Shown here one piece after another: positions 39,230 to 49,082 of a stretch of 64,000 bases of DNA; within the stretch, counting starts at the first letter, position 1; each line of letters opens with the position of its first letter. The notes under the pieces were generated by a model. It was given only the letters and a program-made list of their open reading frames with translations, had not been told where the DNA came from and made no database searches. The position numbers and the translations under genes were made by a program. Origin of the DNA: Acidobacteriota bacterium (GTDB lineage: Bacteria > Acidobacteriota > UBA6911 > JACQSX01); assembly GCA_036507075.1 (NCBI GenBank), contig DASXQR010000010.1, positions 31,628 through 95,627 of the forward strand. Direction: 5' to 3'.

Positions 39230-40420
39230 TTGAGGCGGAAAATATTTCAAATTAAGGCCTTCTTGCTGTTTTCAGTCTTTTTGTGGCCTAGCTATGGCCA
39301 GAATCTTGGTGGAACTGCCTATCAGCAGACCGTCGAGAACACGCTCGCTGGATCGCTTCTTTATCATTTCGTCGCTCACACCGGCACAATTGACACAGCT
39401 TTGAGCCTTTCAAACGTGCGAATAGACCCTTTGACCGCCCCGACTCCTGGTACATTCGAAATTCTCATGTTTGGCGATGATGGCACTTTTGTAAGAGCTC
39501 ATTCTAATCAACTGAAGGGTGGAGTATTCAACTTGGTGGGCTCGACCGATCGGGGATTGCAAGCAACGGCTGCCTTCTTTCTGGGAGACGTTTTCGCCGA
39601 TCTCGGTTTGCCTCCAACAACCAGGTTCGTTGGATATGTCAGGATTAATCACAGTTTCACGAAGGCTGCAGGAACGGCTCAGGTCATGGATCTCGGTGCC
39701 GGCCGTGGATTCCGAATAGGCTACACGGCTTCAGAGATTTCGACAGCCCCTGTCATCAAAAGCATTTCTCCTTCACCTGTTGACGCTGGGGTTGTTGTGA
39801 CACTGTCCGTGTCGGGTGAGAATTTTTTTTCCGGGCTGACTGCCTCAATTACCACTGACGATGGCACAATCGTCGTTCCCCCAAATGATCTGTTGGTTGA
39901 TTCTTCCAGCCAGATCCGTATACGCGCAATCTTTGCAGAAAAGACAGCAGCATACGCGGCGACGATTACAGTTAAGAATCCGGACGGCCAAAACAGCTCT
40001 GGAATAGTTCAAGTACGAGCATCGAAGAAACCGTTTAGTCAACTGCAAGCACAGCGACTCCTCGGGACCTGGGTGTTCACCTACTCGAACAATCGCCCTG
40101 CTGAAACATACCGTTTCACAGAGGTCAAGGAAGGCGGGCCGGGCCAGCATCAGGCTATTGGTGAACGCCTTCCCACTGGGTTCCCGGGATCTGCGACTAC
40201 ACCCCTGCCAGCCAGCGGTTATTACGATTTCAACCTGAAGAAGTTCGTAATCAATACGTTGTATGGTGCTGTCTCCACATCTCACGTGTTTGAATTTAAC
40301 TCGCCAGGAATGATTTCAGGCTGCTTTTCGAGTGCTTTCATAAAACGTTCAGACACTGCTGATAGAAACGCAGACGCTTGCGAGGTGACTTTTACCGGAA
40401 GACTTGTTTCTCTGCCCTGA
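39230..40420 (+). CDS. Secreted hypothetical protein with IPT/TIG-like domain
   Basis: Signal peptide; P.I.SISP...V.GENF...ITVKNPDGQ; lower GC. Confidence 0.65.
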   Translation: MRRKIFQIKAFLLFSVFLWPSYGQNLGGTAYQQTVENTLAGSLLYHFVAHTGTIDTALSLSNVRIDPLTAPTPGTFEILMFGDDGTFVRAHSNQLKGGVFNLVGSTDRGLQATAAFFLGDVFADLGLPPTTRFVGYVRINHSFTKAAGTAQVMDLGAGRGFRIGYTASEISTAPVIKSISPSPVDAGVVVTLSVSGENFFSGLTASITTDDGTIVVPPNDLLVDSSSQIRIRAIFAEKTAAYAATITVKNPDGQNSSGIVQVRASKKPFSQLQAQRLLGTWVFTYSNNRPAETYRFTEVKEGGPGQHQAIGERLPTGFPGSATTPLPASGYYDFNLKKFVINTLYGAVSTSHVFEFNSPGMISGCFSSAFIKRSDTADRNADACEVTFTGRLVSLP

Positions 40421-40592
40421 CGAAAGCCCAACTCCTTCACCAAACAGAAATTTTCTCTCAATCGGATTGACTCCGGGCCCGTGCATCGCTGACTGCATTT
40501 CGCTGAAAATTCACCATTTGCATCTCCGGCTGACTCCTAAAAGCTAAAAGATTCTTTGTGCCCTTCGTATCTTTGTGGTGATATTGGGAGTG

Positions 40593-42149
40593 ATGAACTC
40601 AAACTTTTCAACTATCGCCACGCGCCTTTCAGGCAAACGCGGCATCTGGCCGGTGCTGGTACTTCTTGCCATCCTGCACAGCACAGTGCCGCTGGCGCCG
40701 CAAAGCTTCGATGCCCGCTCCATCGATGACATGGTTCAAGACGGGCTCAGGATTTGGGAGGTGCCGGGCGCTTCACTGGCGATCGTCCGGGATGACAGGC
40801 TGATTCACTTAAAAGGATACGGCGTCAAGCGGCTGGGTACCGCCGACCCGGTCACCACGGAAACCTTATTTGCGATTGCGTCCACAACCAAAGCCTTTAC
40901 AACAACCGCTATGGCGATGCTTGTCGATGAACGCAAGATGGAATGGGACGAGCCGGTTCGCAAACACCTCGAGTATTTTCATTTGTCCGATCCGCTGGCC
41001 GATCAAAATGTGACATCGCGTGATTTGGTTACTCATCGCACCGGCTTGAGCCGTAACGATGCGCTCTGGGACCGGTCTCCCTGGTCGCGCGAGGAAATCA
41101 TTCGGCGGATTGCTTTCGTCAAACCGGCGCGACCGTTCCGCACGACCTATCAATATAACAACATCATGTTTGTCGCCGCCGGGGAAGCAGTGGGAAAAGC
41201 TGCGGGCATGACCTGGGACAATTTTGTACGCCGCCGGATTTTCATTCCACTGGGAATGAGCAGTGCCAATTTCAGCGTTTCGGTCGCGGAAAAAGCCGCC
41301 GATCATGCCACGCCCCATCGAAAGAACAAACAGGGCAGGATCGAAGTTACGTCCTGGCACAACGTGGACAATATCGGCGGGGCGGGCTGCATCAATGCCG
41401 GCGCCAGAGATATGAGCCAGTGGCTCCGCTTTCAGCTTTCAGACGGAGTTTTCAACGGAAAGCGCCTGGTATCGAGCGAGAACCTTGCAGAAAGCCACAC
41501 TCCTCAAATTGTGATCCGTATGGACACACCCACTCGTGCACTTAATCCTTACACTACGCAGATGAGTTATGGCATGGGATGGATCGTTCACGATTACCAC
41601 GGACGTCGGTTGCTTTCGCATACGGGGGGATTGAATGGCTTTCGGGCTCGCATCGTGCTCGTTCCGGATGAAAAACTGGGAATCGTGATCCTGACAAATT
41701 CCAGTGTCGGGACCAGTAGCGCTTCCATGCATGTCGCGGTCACAAACAACCTGCTCGATCTGCTGCTGGGCTTCACCCGGACGGACTGGAACGTCCTGCT
41801 GATGCAGCAGGCCGGCAAGTTTCTTTCAGAAGAGCGGGCCAGGATTGAAGAAAGGCAGGAGAAAAGACAGAAGGACACCCGGCCGTCTCACCCGCTTGCC
41901 GATTATGCGGGAAGCTACGAAGAACCTGCCTACGGCAAAGCGACCATCAAGATGCAGAATGGAAACCTTGAGCTGCATTGGAGCAGTTTTACGACACGAC
42001 TGGAACATTTCCACTACGATACGTTCGTGGCTGCCGAGACAGATGAACTTCAGGACGAGCAGGTGCAGTTTGGTTTGGACATGAGCGGAGAGGTTGCCCG
42101 GATTAATTTTCTGGGAATGGATTTTGCCAGGATTAAAGCAAAGCAGTAG
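40593..42149 (+). CDS. Serine hydrolase (beta-lactamase/PBP class) with DUF3471-like C-terminus
   Basis: STTK (SxxK), YNN, HTGG; Y.GSYE.P.YG. Confidence 0.9.
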   Translation: MNSNFSTIATRLSGKRGIWPVLVLLAILHSTVPLAPQSFDARSIDDMVQDGLRIWEVPGASLAIVRDDRLIHLKGYGVKRLGTADPVTTETLFAIASTTKAFTTTAMAMLVDERKMEWDEPVRKHLEYFHLSDPLADQNVTSRDLVTHRTGLSRNDALWDRSPWSREEIIRRIAFVKPARPFRTTYQYNNIMFVAAGEAVGKAAGMTWDNFVRRRIFIPLGMSSANFSVSVAEKAADHATPHRKNKQGRIEVTSWHNVDNIGGAGCINAGARDMSQWLRFQLSDGVFNGKRLVSSENLAESHTPQIVIRMDTPTRALNPYTTQMSYGMGWIVHDYHGRRLLSHTGGLNGFRARIVLVPDEKLGIVILTNSSVGTSSASMHVAVTNNLLDLLLGFTRTDWNVLLMQQAGKFLSEERARIEERQEKRQKDTRPSHPLADYAGSYEEPAYGKATIKMQNGNLELHWSSFTTRLEHFHYDTFVAAETDELQDEQVQFGLDMSGEVARINFLGMDFARIKAKQ

Positions 42150-42224
42150 TGGCATACGCCTGGGAGGACTCGGTGTGAAACTTTCGGGCTGACCACTGTA
42201 AGCTAAAAGAAAACATCCGATCAC

Positions 42225-42480
42225 GTCAACGTCGACGTTTATCGTCTACGGCCACGTGCACGTCAATGTCCACGGAACACGTCCAAGCTGATTGACAGAT
42301 TACGAGCTTAATCATTTTGGCAACATGGACATGATGCGTTGTCTTGTGGCACACCTGACCGGCTGGCAGGCAAACTCGCGATTTTTTCTTCGTGACCGTT
42401 GACGTAGTCGTTAACGCGCACGTGCACGTGGCCGTCCTCGGCTTTTTCTTTGGTTGCAACCTACAGCCCGGGCTGTGCCT
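42225..42480. repeat. Inverted 6-bp-period runs plus composite repeat module
   Basis: CACGTCAACGTCGACG..CACGTGCACG / GTTGACGTAGTCGTTAACG..GTGCACGTGGCCGTCCTCGGCTTTTTCTTTGGTTGC. Confidence 0.75.
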
Positions 42481-42544
42481 CTATTGGAAAGCCTTTTCTT
42501 GGGTAGCACCAAACTGGATCACTACACGGACCAGGACCAGACCC

Positions 42545-43348
42545 TTACTTCCCGAGCCGCTTTGACAATATCCAGGGAATCAAGCGTGACTCTGCGTAGG
42601 CCCGATCCCAGGAATTATGACCCACTCTTTCATACTCGGTGTAGGTGACCTCTCCGCCGGCGTCCTTCAAAGCCTGGGCCATCCTGCGGGATTCGGAAAC
42701 TGGAACAGTGTTGTCCGCGCCGCCGTGAAAGATCCACACCGGTGTTTTACCGACCTTTTGCGCGACCAGTTTGTAGGGGTTGGGCGCTTCAGAGAGCCGA
42801 ACGCTCTCCCGGTTCAGCTTCAGGGTTGTCAGGGTTGATGGAAGGCGAACCCCTCCGCAGACTGGTGCAAGCGCAGCAAAACGACCGGGATAGTCTGCAG
42901 CAATGCCCCACGTCCCGTAACCACCCATTGAAATCCCGGTCAGGTAGGTGCGTTGTGGATCGCCTTTGAATTCCTTGATCGCCTGTGCGAGAGCCTTTAA
43001 CGCCATCGCCTCCATTTGGGGGTCGGTCCACCAGAGCCCTGTTCGGCACTGCGGAAAAACCACCACACAGGGAAATCGCCCCGTATACCTGCGGACAGCG
43101 GTACCGATGCCCACTTCCGTTTGAATGATGCCGTCGTCTCCGCGCTCTCCGGCTGCGTGCAGGAAGAGAATCACGGGCCAGCGCTGACGCTTGTTCCAAT
43201 TGGAAGGGACGTAAACCTGGTATTTGAAGACCTTTTTTTCAATGGTGATCGTGCGGTTCAGAAAACCGGTTTCCTGCCGGGCGCCAAAAGTTGGGAACTG
43301 GGGCATGGTTGCCAAGATCAGCAGCGAGACTATCCCTAAACTAAACAT
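42545..43348 (-). CDS. Secreted esterase/peptidase (phospholipase/carboxylesterase-like)
   Basis: GGAGG RBS; FLH.AGERG.D, GISMGG, FHG..D..V, GHNSWD. Confidence 0.88.
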   Translation of the reverse strand: MFSLGIVSLLILATMPQFPTFGARQETGFLNRTITIEKKVFKYQVYVPSNWNKRQRWPVILFLHAAGERGDDGIIQTEVGIGTAVRRYTGRFPCVVVFPQCRTGLWWTDPQMEAMALKALAQAIKEFKGDPQRTYLTGISMGGYGTWGIAADYPGRFAALAPVCGGVRLPSTLTTLKLNRESVRLSEAPNPYKLVAQKVGKTPVWIFHGGADNTVPVSESRRMAQALKDAGGEVTYTEYERVGHNSWDRAYAESRLIPWILSKRLGK

Positions 43349-43432
43349 GCAGCATTCCTCCGAAAGCCGTCCAGGAAATGCTATATTTTCACATCTGCGT
43401 CCCCTTTCCGATGCAAAAGTTGCGGAGGTCCC

Positions 43433-45160
43433 ATGACAGTTAAGAACAAACCCGGAATAATCTTTTGTGCAGTGACGCTCTTTGCCGTTGCGGCCGCCAT
43501 CGGTTTCTTGCTGCCAGTCGGATCCGCGGCGGCCGGGGAGGCGTCGCTGGGCAAGATCGATTTTCCCACATCCGGCTCGCCTGAAGCTCAGGCGCACTTC
43601 CTGCGAGGCGTGGCCGCTCTTCATTCCTTCTGGTTTGAGGAAGCGCTGGAAGAGTTTCAGAAAGCCACGCAAGTCCAGCCTGATTTCATGATGGGGTACT
43701 GGGGCGAGGCAATGGCCCACAACCATCCACTTTGGGCCGAACAGGATACCGAAGCTGCACGCAAGGTTGTGCAGAAAATCCGGGACAATGAAAAGTTGAC
43801 GGCCAAAGAGCGCGCTTATCTGGGCGCAGTGAAGGCGCTCTACGGAGAAGGGGACAAACTGACGCGCGACAAGGCGTACTCGGCAGCGATGGAGAAGATG
43901 TATCGTGACCATCCCGACGACCTGGAAGTAGCCACTTTCTACGCGCTTTCTCTGCTGGGAACAGTCCGTCCCGACGACAAGGGTTTCCGCCGCCAGATGC
44001 AGGCGGGCGCCATTGCAATGGACGTGTCTGCAAAGAATCCAAACCATCCCGGGGCGGCGCATTTCATCATCCATTCCTTTGATGATCCCGAGCACGCGAT
44101 TCTGGCGCTTCCGGCGGCGCGTCGCTATGCTCAGATCGCGCCCGAGGCGCATCATGCGCGCCATATGCCCGCGCATATTTTCCTTCAGCTCGGAATGTGG
44201 CCGGACGCGGCTGCTTCCAACGAGTCGGCCTGGTCGGCGTCCGACGCGTGGGTCAAGAGCAAGTCCCTTCCGCTCATCCGGCGGGATTATCACAGCCTTC
44301 ACTGGCTGACCTATGTTTACCTGCAGCAGGGCCGCTACGCCAAAGCCGACCAGCTTCTGAACCTGATGCGAAAAACCATGACCGAATCGACCGATGATTC
44401 CAAGTTTCGGCCTAATTACTACGCCAACAACTTCGCCGACATGGCATCCATTTTCGTGGTGGAAACGGAGAAGTGGAACCTGGCCGAGACGATCTTCCAG
44501 TCCGCGAACAAGGCCTCCGAACCTGAAGCCGCCGGCGCTTCCGGCGGGCATGCCGGCCACGGCGGGAATCCAACCGACGCGACGGCCGCAGTGACGCGGC
44601 GATCCAACGCCAGCCAGGTGCTGCCCGTTTTTGTGCGCGGCCTGGCGGCGGCCAGAACCTCGCCCGCGCAGGCGGAAAAGGCGATCGCGGAATTGAAGTC
44701 GTTAATGGCAAAAGGCAGCAGCGCGGACAACGCGAGCAATCGGAATGCCGGCGTGGGGGAGATCAGAGTGCTGGAAGTGGGCGCGCTGGCCAGTGCCTAC
44801 AACGGGGATTATGCGGCGGCGATTGAAGCGATGAAAAAAGCAACCGCGCTGGAAGAAAGTTTGTCGCCCCCTTCAGGACCGCCACCGCTGATCAAGCCGT
44901 CACATGAACTCTTCGGTGAAATCCTGCTGCGCGCGGGGCAGCCAAAGGAAGCTTCCAGGCAGTTTGCCGTTTCCCTTCTCCGCCAGCCCAATCGCGCGCG
45001 GTCGCTGCTCGGAGCGGCGCGCGCCGCAGCCATGGCCGACGACCGGCCGGCGGCCGCCGGCGCTTACTCCAGTTTCCTGGCTAACTGGAAGCAGGCCGAT
45101 GCCGGCTTGCCGGAGATTGCCGAGGCGCGTAATTACGTGGCCCAGGCCAACAGGCCGTGA
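43433..45160 (+). CDS. Secreted TPR-like protein with His-rich motifs
   Basis: Signal peptide; F.RG.A.LHSFW, HPGAAH..IH..D, HA.HMPAHIF..LG.W. Confidence 0.8.
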   Translation: MTVKNKPGIIFCAVTLFAVAAAIGFLLPVGSAAAGEASLGKIDFPTSGSPEAQAHFLRGVAALHSFWFEEALEEFQKATQVQPDFMMGYWGEAMAHNHPLWAEQDTEAARKVVQKIRDNEKLTAKERAYLGAVKALYGEGDKLTRDKAYSAAMEKMYRDHPDDLEVATFYALSLLGTVRPDDKGFRRQMQAGAIAMDVSAKNPNHPGAAHFIIHSFDDPEHAILALPAARRYAQIAPEAHHARHMPAHIFLQLGMWPDAAASNESAWSASDAWVKSKSLPLIRRDYHSLHWLTYVYLQQGRYAKADQLLNLMRKTMTESTDDSKFRPNYYANNFADMASIFVVETEKWNLAETIFQSANKASEPEAAGASGGHAGHGGNPTDATAAVTRRSNASQVLPVFVRGLAAARTSPAQAEKAIAELKSLMAKGSSADNASNRNAGVGEIRVLEVGALASAYNGDYAAAIEAMKKATALEESLSPPSGPPPLIKPSHELFGEILLRAGQPKEASRQFAVSLLRQPNRARSLLGAARAAAMADDRPAAAGAYSSFLANWKQADAGLPEIAEARNYVAQANRP

Positions 45161-45161
45161 C

Positions 45162-45308
45162 GAATGGGGAATGCGGAATGCGGAATGGGGAATGCGGAAT
45201 GTGGAATGAGGAATGAGGAATGAGAAGTGGTTTGCTCCAAGTTGTGAAGAGATAACTTGAAGTTATTCCGTATTCCGCATTCCCAATTCCGCATTTCGCA
45301 TCCCCATT
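45162..45308. repeat. Inverted heptamer arrays
   Basis: (GAATGCG/GAATGAG)n then (ATTCCGC)n. Confidence 0.85.
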
Positions 45309-45312
45309 TGAT

Positions 45313-45603
45313 TCACCCCAGGTAGTCGAGCCTTTTGATCTCTTCTGCCAGCGGTTTTACGATCTCCTCAACGAAGCGCAGGTGGTCGGGATGGACTCGA
45401 TACCGGTCCAGCGCCGCTTCATCCTCAAAGTACATCACCAGCGCGCACTGGTAAGGATCGTCTTTGTAGATGGAAACCCCCGCCGTCAGGTTTCTCACAC
45501 CCGGCACTGCAGGCAAGCGCGTGCGAGCCTGGCGCAACAGATTCTCTCGCTGGGACGCCGTGGTCGATGACTTCAATTTATACAGTACGATGTGGGTCAG
45601 CAT
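45313..45603 (-). CDS. Dabb family (stress-responsive A/B barrel) protein
   Basis: H.VL.K, F.D..AL..Y..HP.H, LDY. Confidence 0.85.
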   Translation of the reverse strand: MLTHIVLYKLKSSTTASQRENLLRQARTRLPAVPGVRNLTAGVSIYKDDPYQCALVMYFEDEAALDRYRVHPDHLRFVEEIVKPLAEEIKRLDYLG

Positions 45604-45903
45604 TTGTCCGTGTCCGTGGTCGGTTGTCAGTTGTTACAGGTTTTCCGGTTGCGGGTTTTCGGGTTACGAGTTTTCACGTAGGGCGCGTTCGATGGTTACG
45701 TGATGTTTGTGGGTTTCAAATCCTGCCAAAGCATCGAATCTGACATCTTTGGATCCGCCATTTTCAATCGAACCGAATCCGCAACCGGTGACCCGAAAAC
45801 CCGTAACCTGAACACTCGTAACTCGAAATCTCGTAACCCGAAAACCCGCAACTCGAAAACCCGCAACCCGAAAACCTGTAACAACTGACCACGGACAACG
45901 GAC
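45604..45903. repeat. Nested inverted 7/8-bp arrays
   Basis: GTCCGTGGTC.GTTG..TTACAGGTTTTC..GGGTT mirrored by AACCCGAAAACCTGTAACAACTGACCACGGAC. Confidence 0.85.
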
Positions 45904-47696
45904 TACTTAGGAATCATCCAGGGGAAAACGTAGGCCTGCAGCAGCACAATCAATCCCATGATGCAGGCCAGGGCGACTGAGTGCCAGAATACAAAACGCA
46001 GGATTGCTCCCTCATGACCGCTCTGGTTGGTAGCCGCCGTGCTCACCACGATACTTTGCGCGTCCACCATCTTGCCCATTACCCCGCCGGTGCTGTTGGC
46101 GACAGTGATCAGGACCGGATCCAGAGAAAGCTGCTGGGCCGTGATCTTCTGCAGGCTTCCGAACAGAACGTTGCTGGAGGTATCCGAGCCGGTCAGCGCC
46201 ACGCCCAGCCATCCGAGCAGCGCGGCAAAAAACGGGTACGCCACTCCGGTGTGAGTGAATGCCAGACCCAGCGTCGCATCCGTCCCGCTGTAGCGCGTGA
46301 CATACCCGAGCGCCAGCATGCAGGCGATGGTCAGCAGCGGCCACTTCATGCGGACCAGCGTTCTTCCGGCCACGCGCGCCAGAATGCGCAGCCGGATTCT
46401 CAAATATAGGGCGGTGGCCAACGCAGCCACGAGAATTCCCGTGCCTGAGGCGCTCAGCCAATTGAAGCTGTACACGGCAGCTTCGGCGTTTTTCTGGCGA
46501 TAAGGGCCGCTTCCGATTTGACCTCGATCAATCTGAACCGGAACTACGGGAAAGTCCCGGTACACCATTTTATGCAGCAGCGGCACCTGGATCTGCGGAC
46601 TGAGCGCCGGGTTCGGCGGACTTGGTTTTCCGGTGGCGCGATAAGCGCGCAAACTGGCCGGACCGCCATTCAGAAAGGCCTTCACCGGAGGCAGGCCCCA
46701 GCAGAAGACGAAAACGCTCAGAAACACCCAGGGCATCCACGCTTTTACAACCTGCCCCCGCGAATAGGTTGCCGTCTCAGAGGATCGGCTCGCCGGCATC
46801 GCCCGGGCCGGAACCGGGACATTCGGCGCCGCTGCATTTGCGTCCGGCATCTTATTAAGATTCTCCGGAAATTCCCAATTGTCTTTTGGCTTCCACCAGG
46901 CTGCAAATCCCGCCGTGATAAAGAGACTCACCAGCCCCCCCAGGATGTCCACCAGCTCCGGACCAACGTAATTACTCCAGAAAAACTGAACCACAGCGAA
47001 GCTTCCACCGCTGACAAGCACCACCGGCCAGACGCCCTTGAAGCCTTTCCAACCGCTCATGGTCACGACCAGCCAGATCGTCACCAGCAAAGAAACAAAC
47101 GGCAACTGCCGGCCTGCCATCTGTCCCAGAATGAAGGGGTCCTGCTGGGTCACGGCGGCCAGCGTGAGAATTGGAGTTCCGAGGGCGCCAAACGCCACGG
47201 GCGCCGTGTTGGCGATCAGGCAAAGACCGGCGGCATAGAGCGGCGGGAATCCCAGGCCCATCAACAGCGCCGCGCAAATGGCAACAGGTGTTCCAAAGCC
47301 GGCGGCGCCTTCGATAAACGCGCCAAAGCTGTAGCCGATCAGCAGCGCCTGCACGCGGCGATCCGCCGACAGCGATGCCACCGAATGCTTGATGATTTCA
47401 AACTGGCCGGTTTCCACCGTCAGGTTGTACAGGAAGACGGCCGTGATAATGATCCAGCCGATCGGAACCAGGCCAAATGCCGCTCCATAACCGGCCGAGG
47501 CCAAAGCCGTGGCAGCAGGCATTCGATAGAACACAATCGCGATCAGCAATGCAGCAGCCAGGCCACTCATCGCCGCCCACTGCGCCGGCACTTCAAAAGC
47601 AGCGAGCAGGACGAGCAAAACCACGATTGGCAGCGCCGCCAGCAGCGTGGAAATTACAGCGTTACCTGCCGGATTATAAATCTGGATCCATTCCAT
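45903..47696 (-). CDS. lctP: L-lactate permease
   Basis: DRR.QALLI...FGAF.EGAAGFGTP, ANTAPVAFG, LTGSDTSSN.LFG, GGVMGKM..QSI. Confidence 0.93.
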   Translation of the reverse strand: MEWIQIYNPAGNAVISTLLAALPIVVLLVLLAAFEVPAQWAAMSGLAAALLIAIVFYRMPAATALASAGYGAAFGLVPIGWIIITAVFLYNLTVETGQFEIIKHSVASLSADRRVQALLIGYSFGAFIEGAAGFGTPVAICAALLMGLGFPPLYAAGLCLIANTAPVAFGALGTPILTLAAVTQQDPFILGQMAGRQLPFVSLLVTIWLVVTMSGWKGFKGVWPVVLVSGGSFAVVQFFWSNYVGPELVDILGGLVSLFITAGFAAWWKPKDNWEFPENLNKMPDANAAAPNVPVPARAMPASRSSETATYSRGQVVKAWMPWVFLSVFVFCWGLPPVKAFLNGGPASLRAYRATGKPSPPNPALSPQIQVPLLHKMVYRDFPVVPVQIDRGQIGSGPYRQKNAEAAVYSFNWLSASGTGILVAALATALYLRIRLRILARVAGRTLVRMKWPLLTIACMLALGYVTRYSGTDATLGLAFTHTGVAYPFFAALLGWLGVALTGSDTSSNVLFGSLQKITAQQLSLDPVLITVANSTGGVMGKMVDAQSIVVSTAATNQSGHEGAILRFVFWHSVALACIMGLIVLLQAYVFPWMIPK

Positions 47697-47817
47697 CGTA
47701 TTCGAAGGGGAACGAAGCCGGACTATACCAGTGGAATTTCGAATTCAAAATTGAAAAATTATCAAAGTTAAAGTTTCGTACTTTGGTGGTCAAAGAATTT
47801 GAAACCGGCTGAGAGCG

Positions 47818-48010
47818 ATAGGGTAGGGAGAGCCGCTAGGCTCCCCCACCCCTTCGAACCGGACGAGCGGATTTCCCGCATCCGACTCTCCAGTTGATAG
47901 GTCACCTCATAGAGGATTGACAGGCTGCGTGATGGGCTGCTTCCAGCGAAAGCAGTCCTTCAGCAGCAAAGAAAGCGTTGGTCCAGCGTTGATGATCCTG
48001 CCAGCCGCGT
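47818..48010 (-). mobile_element. Group II intron 3' remnant (IEP C-terminus, domains V and VI)
   Basis: RGWQDHQRWTNAFFAAEGLLSL..stop 47902; DV GAGAGTCGGATGCGGGAAATCCGCTCGTCCGGTTCGAAGG; DVI ...CTCTCCCTACCCTAT end. Confidence 0.85.
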
Positions 48011-49043
48011 GAAACTCCTTTCCTGCCACTCCAAGCCCATTACGGCCCCTTCCTAGCTCGTTCGGAAGTGTAAACATTCTGACTCCCCCGCCTATTAGTG
48101 GGTCATTAGGATTCAAAAAAGTTCCGCTTGCCACTGTTTCTGGGGGTGACCAATGAACTCCGTGATCCAGGGATGTGGCCATTCTAATGGAATTGGTAGT
48201 GAAATCAGTCCACAAAAGATAGACATCACCGGTTGTTGAATTTACGACAATATCAGGGCCTTGAACCCAGCCAGTCGTTGCGGTATATGAGCCGAGAAAG
48301 CTGTTTCCACCATCTAAACTAACTGCCACGAACAGTGTGTTTTGGTTTGCATCCAGGTTATCAACTCGGTTCCACGTGACATAAACATACCCGAGACTCC
48401 CTGGATCCCAAGAGACAGCGCAGAACGGCTTGTCTAAAACGTAGCGGTTGCTTCCATTGGATACGATAACAGAAGCCGAAAGCCATGAAACTCCTCCGTC
48501 ATCCGATCGCCAAAGCACGATCGCGTTAGGTGGGTCGTGAGCCGGACCATTACTGACAAGCCCAGAGCAATACATCCGAAGTGGCGCTATGCCTGTTGTG
48601 TATGGATTGATATCCAGCCAAGGATCCGCTGACACCCAGTAGAATGGAGGCATTTGAAGCTGACCGCGGCTGAAATTCAGAAAGTCGGTCGTAGTCGAGT
48701 ACCACACGGTCGGGATACCTTGCGCGTCATACTTAATGTGGCTCACGGTTGTGAAGTCAATTGAATTACGTCTCAAAGAGCAAATCGATGGTTCGACATC
48801 TTGAAGACTGTCCGATGTAGCGTTAATCGTATAGAGTGACGACGTTGACGGAGTCGTTGGGCCCCGAGGTTGTACTGATGTCGGTGGAAATTGTGGCGAC
48901 CGTCCCAAGGCTCTAAGAGTGATGAAGTAAAGTGTCCCGCTGAGGGTATTCAGGCTCTTCTCGCTTATTTGAAAAGCCTGGCCATGGATACCTAGAATTA
49001 GTATGATTATTGACAATAAAATAAGAATAGGAAGTCTTTTCAT
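47907..49043 (-). CDS. Secreted BNR/Asp-box (sialidase-like) protein, probably 3'-truncated
   Basis: SDDGGVSW, SLDGGNSF, SLDHGVHW repeats; the last ~50 codons run through the intron remnant. Confidence 0.7.
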   Translation of the reverse strand: MKRLPILILLSIIILILGIHGQAFQISEKSLNTLSGTLYFITLRALGRSPQFPPTSVQPRGPTTPSTSSLYTINATSDSLQDVEPSICSLRRNSIDFTTVSHIKYDAQGIPTVWYSTTTDFLNFSRGQLQMPPFYWVSADPWLDINPYTTGIAPLRMYCSGLVSNGPAHDPPNAIVLWRSDDGGVSWLSASVIVSNGSNRYVLDKPFCAVSWDPGSLGYVYVTWNRVDNLDANQNTLFVAVSLDGGNSFLGSYTATTGWVQGPDIVVNSTTGDVYLLWTDFTTNSIRMATSLDHGVHWSPPETVASGTFLNPNDPLIGGGVRMFTLPNELGRGRNGLGVAGKEFHAAGRIINAGPTLSLLLKDCFRWKQPITQPVNPL

Positions 49044-49082
49044 AAGAGCTCTCCAAGATTCAGAATATTAGAACCTATAGCC

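Noticed and set aside
40593..42149. Antibiotic-resistance beta-lactamase
   Set aside because: Generic serine hydrolase with a DUF3471-like tail and no resistance context.
43349..44560. N-terminal 400 aa of the 671-aa minus-strand ORF
   Set aside because: Antisense shadow of the plus-strand TPR gene; the real gene starts at 43348 with its own RBS and signal peptide.
46518..47771. 417-aa plus-strand ORF
   Set aside because: Antisense to lctP with no recognisable motifs.
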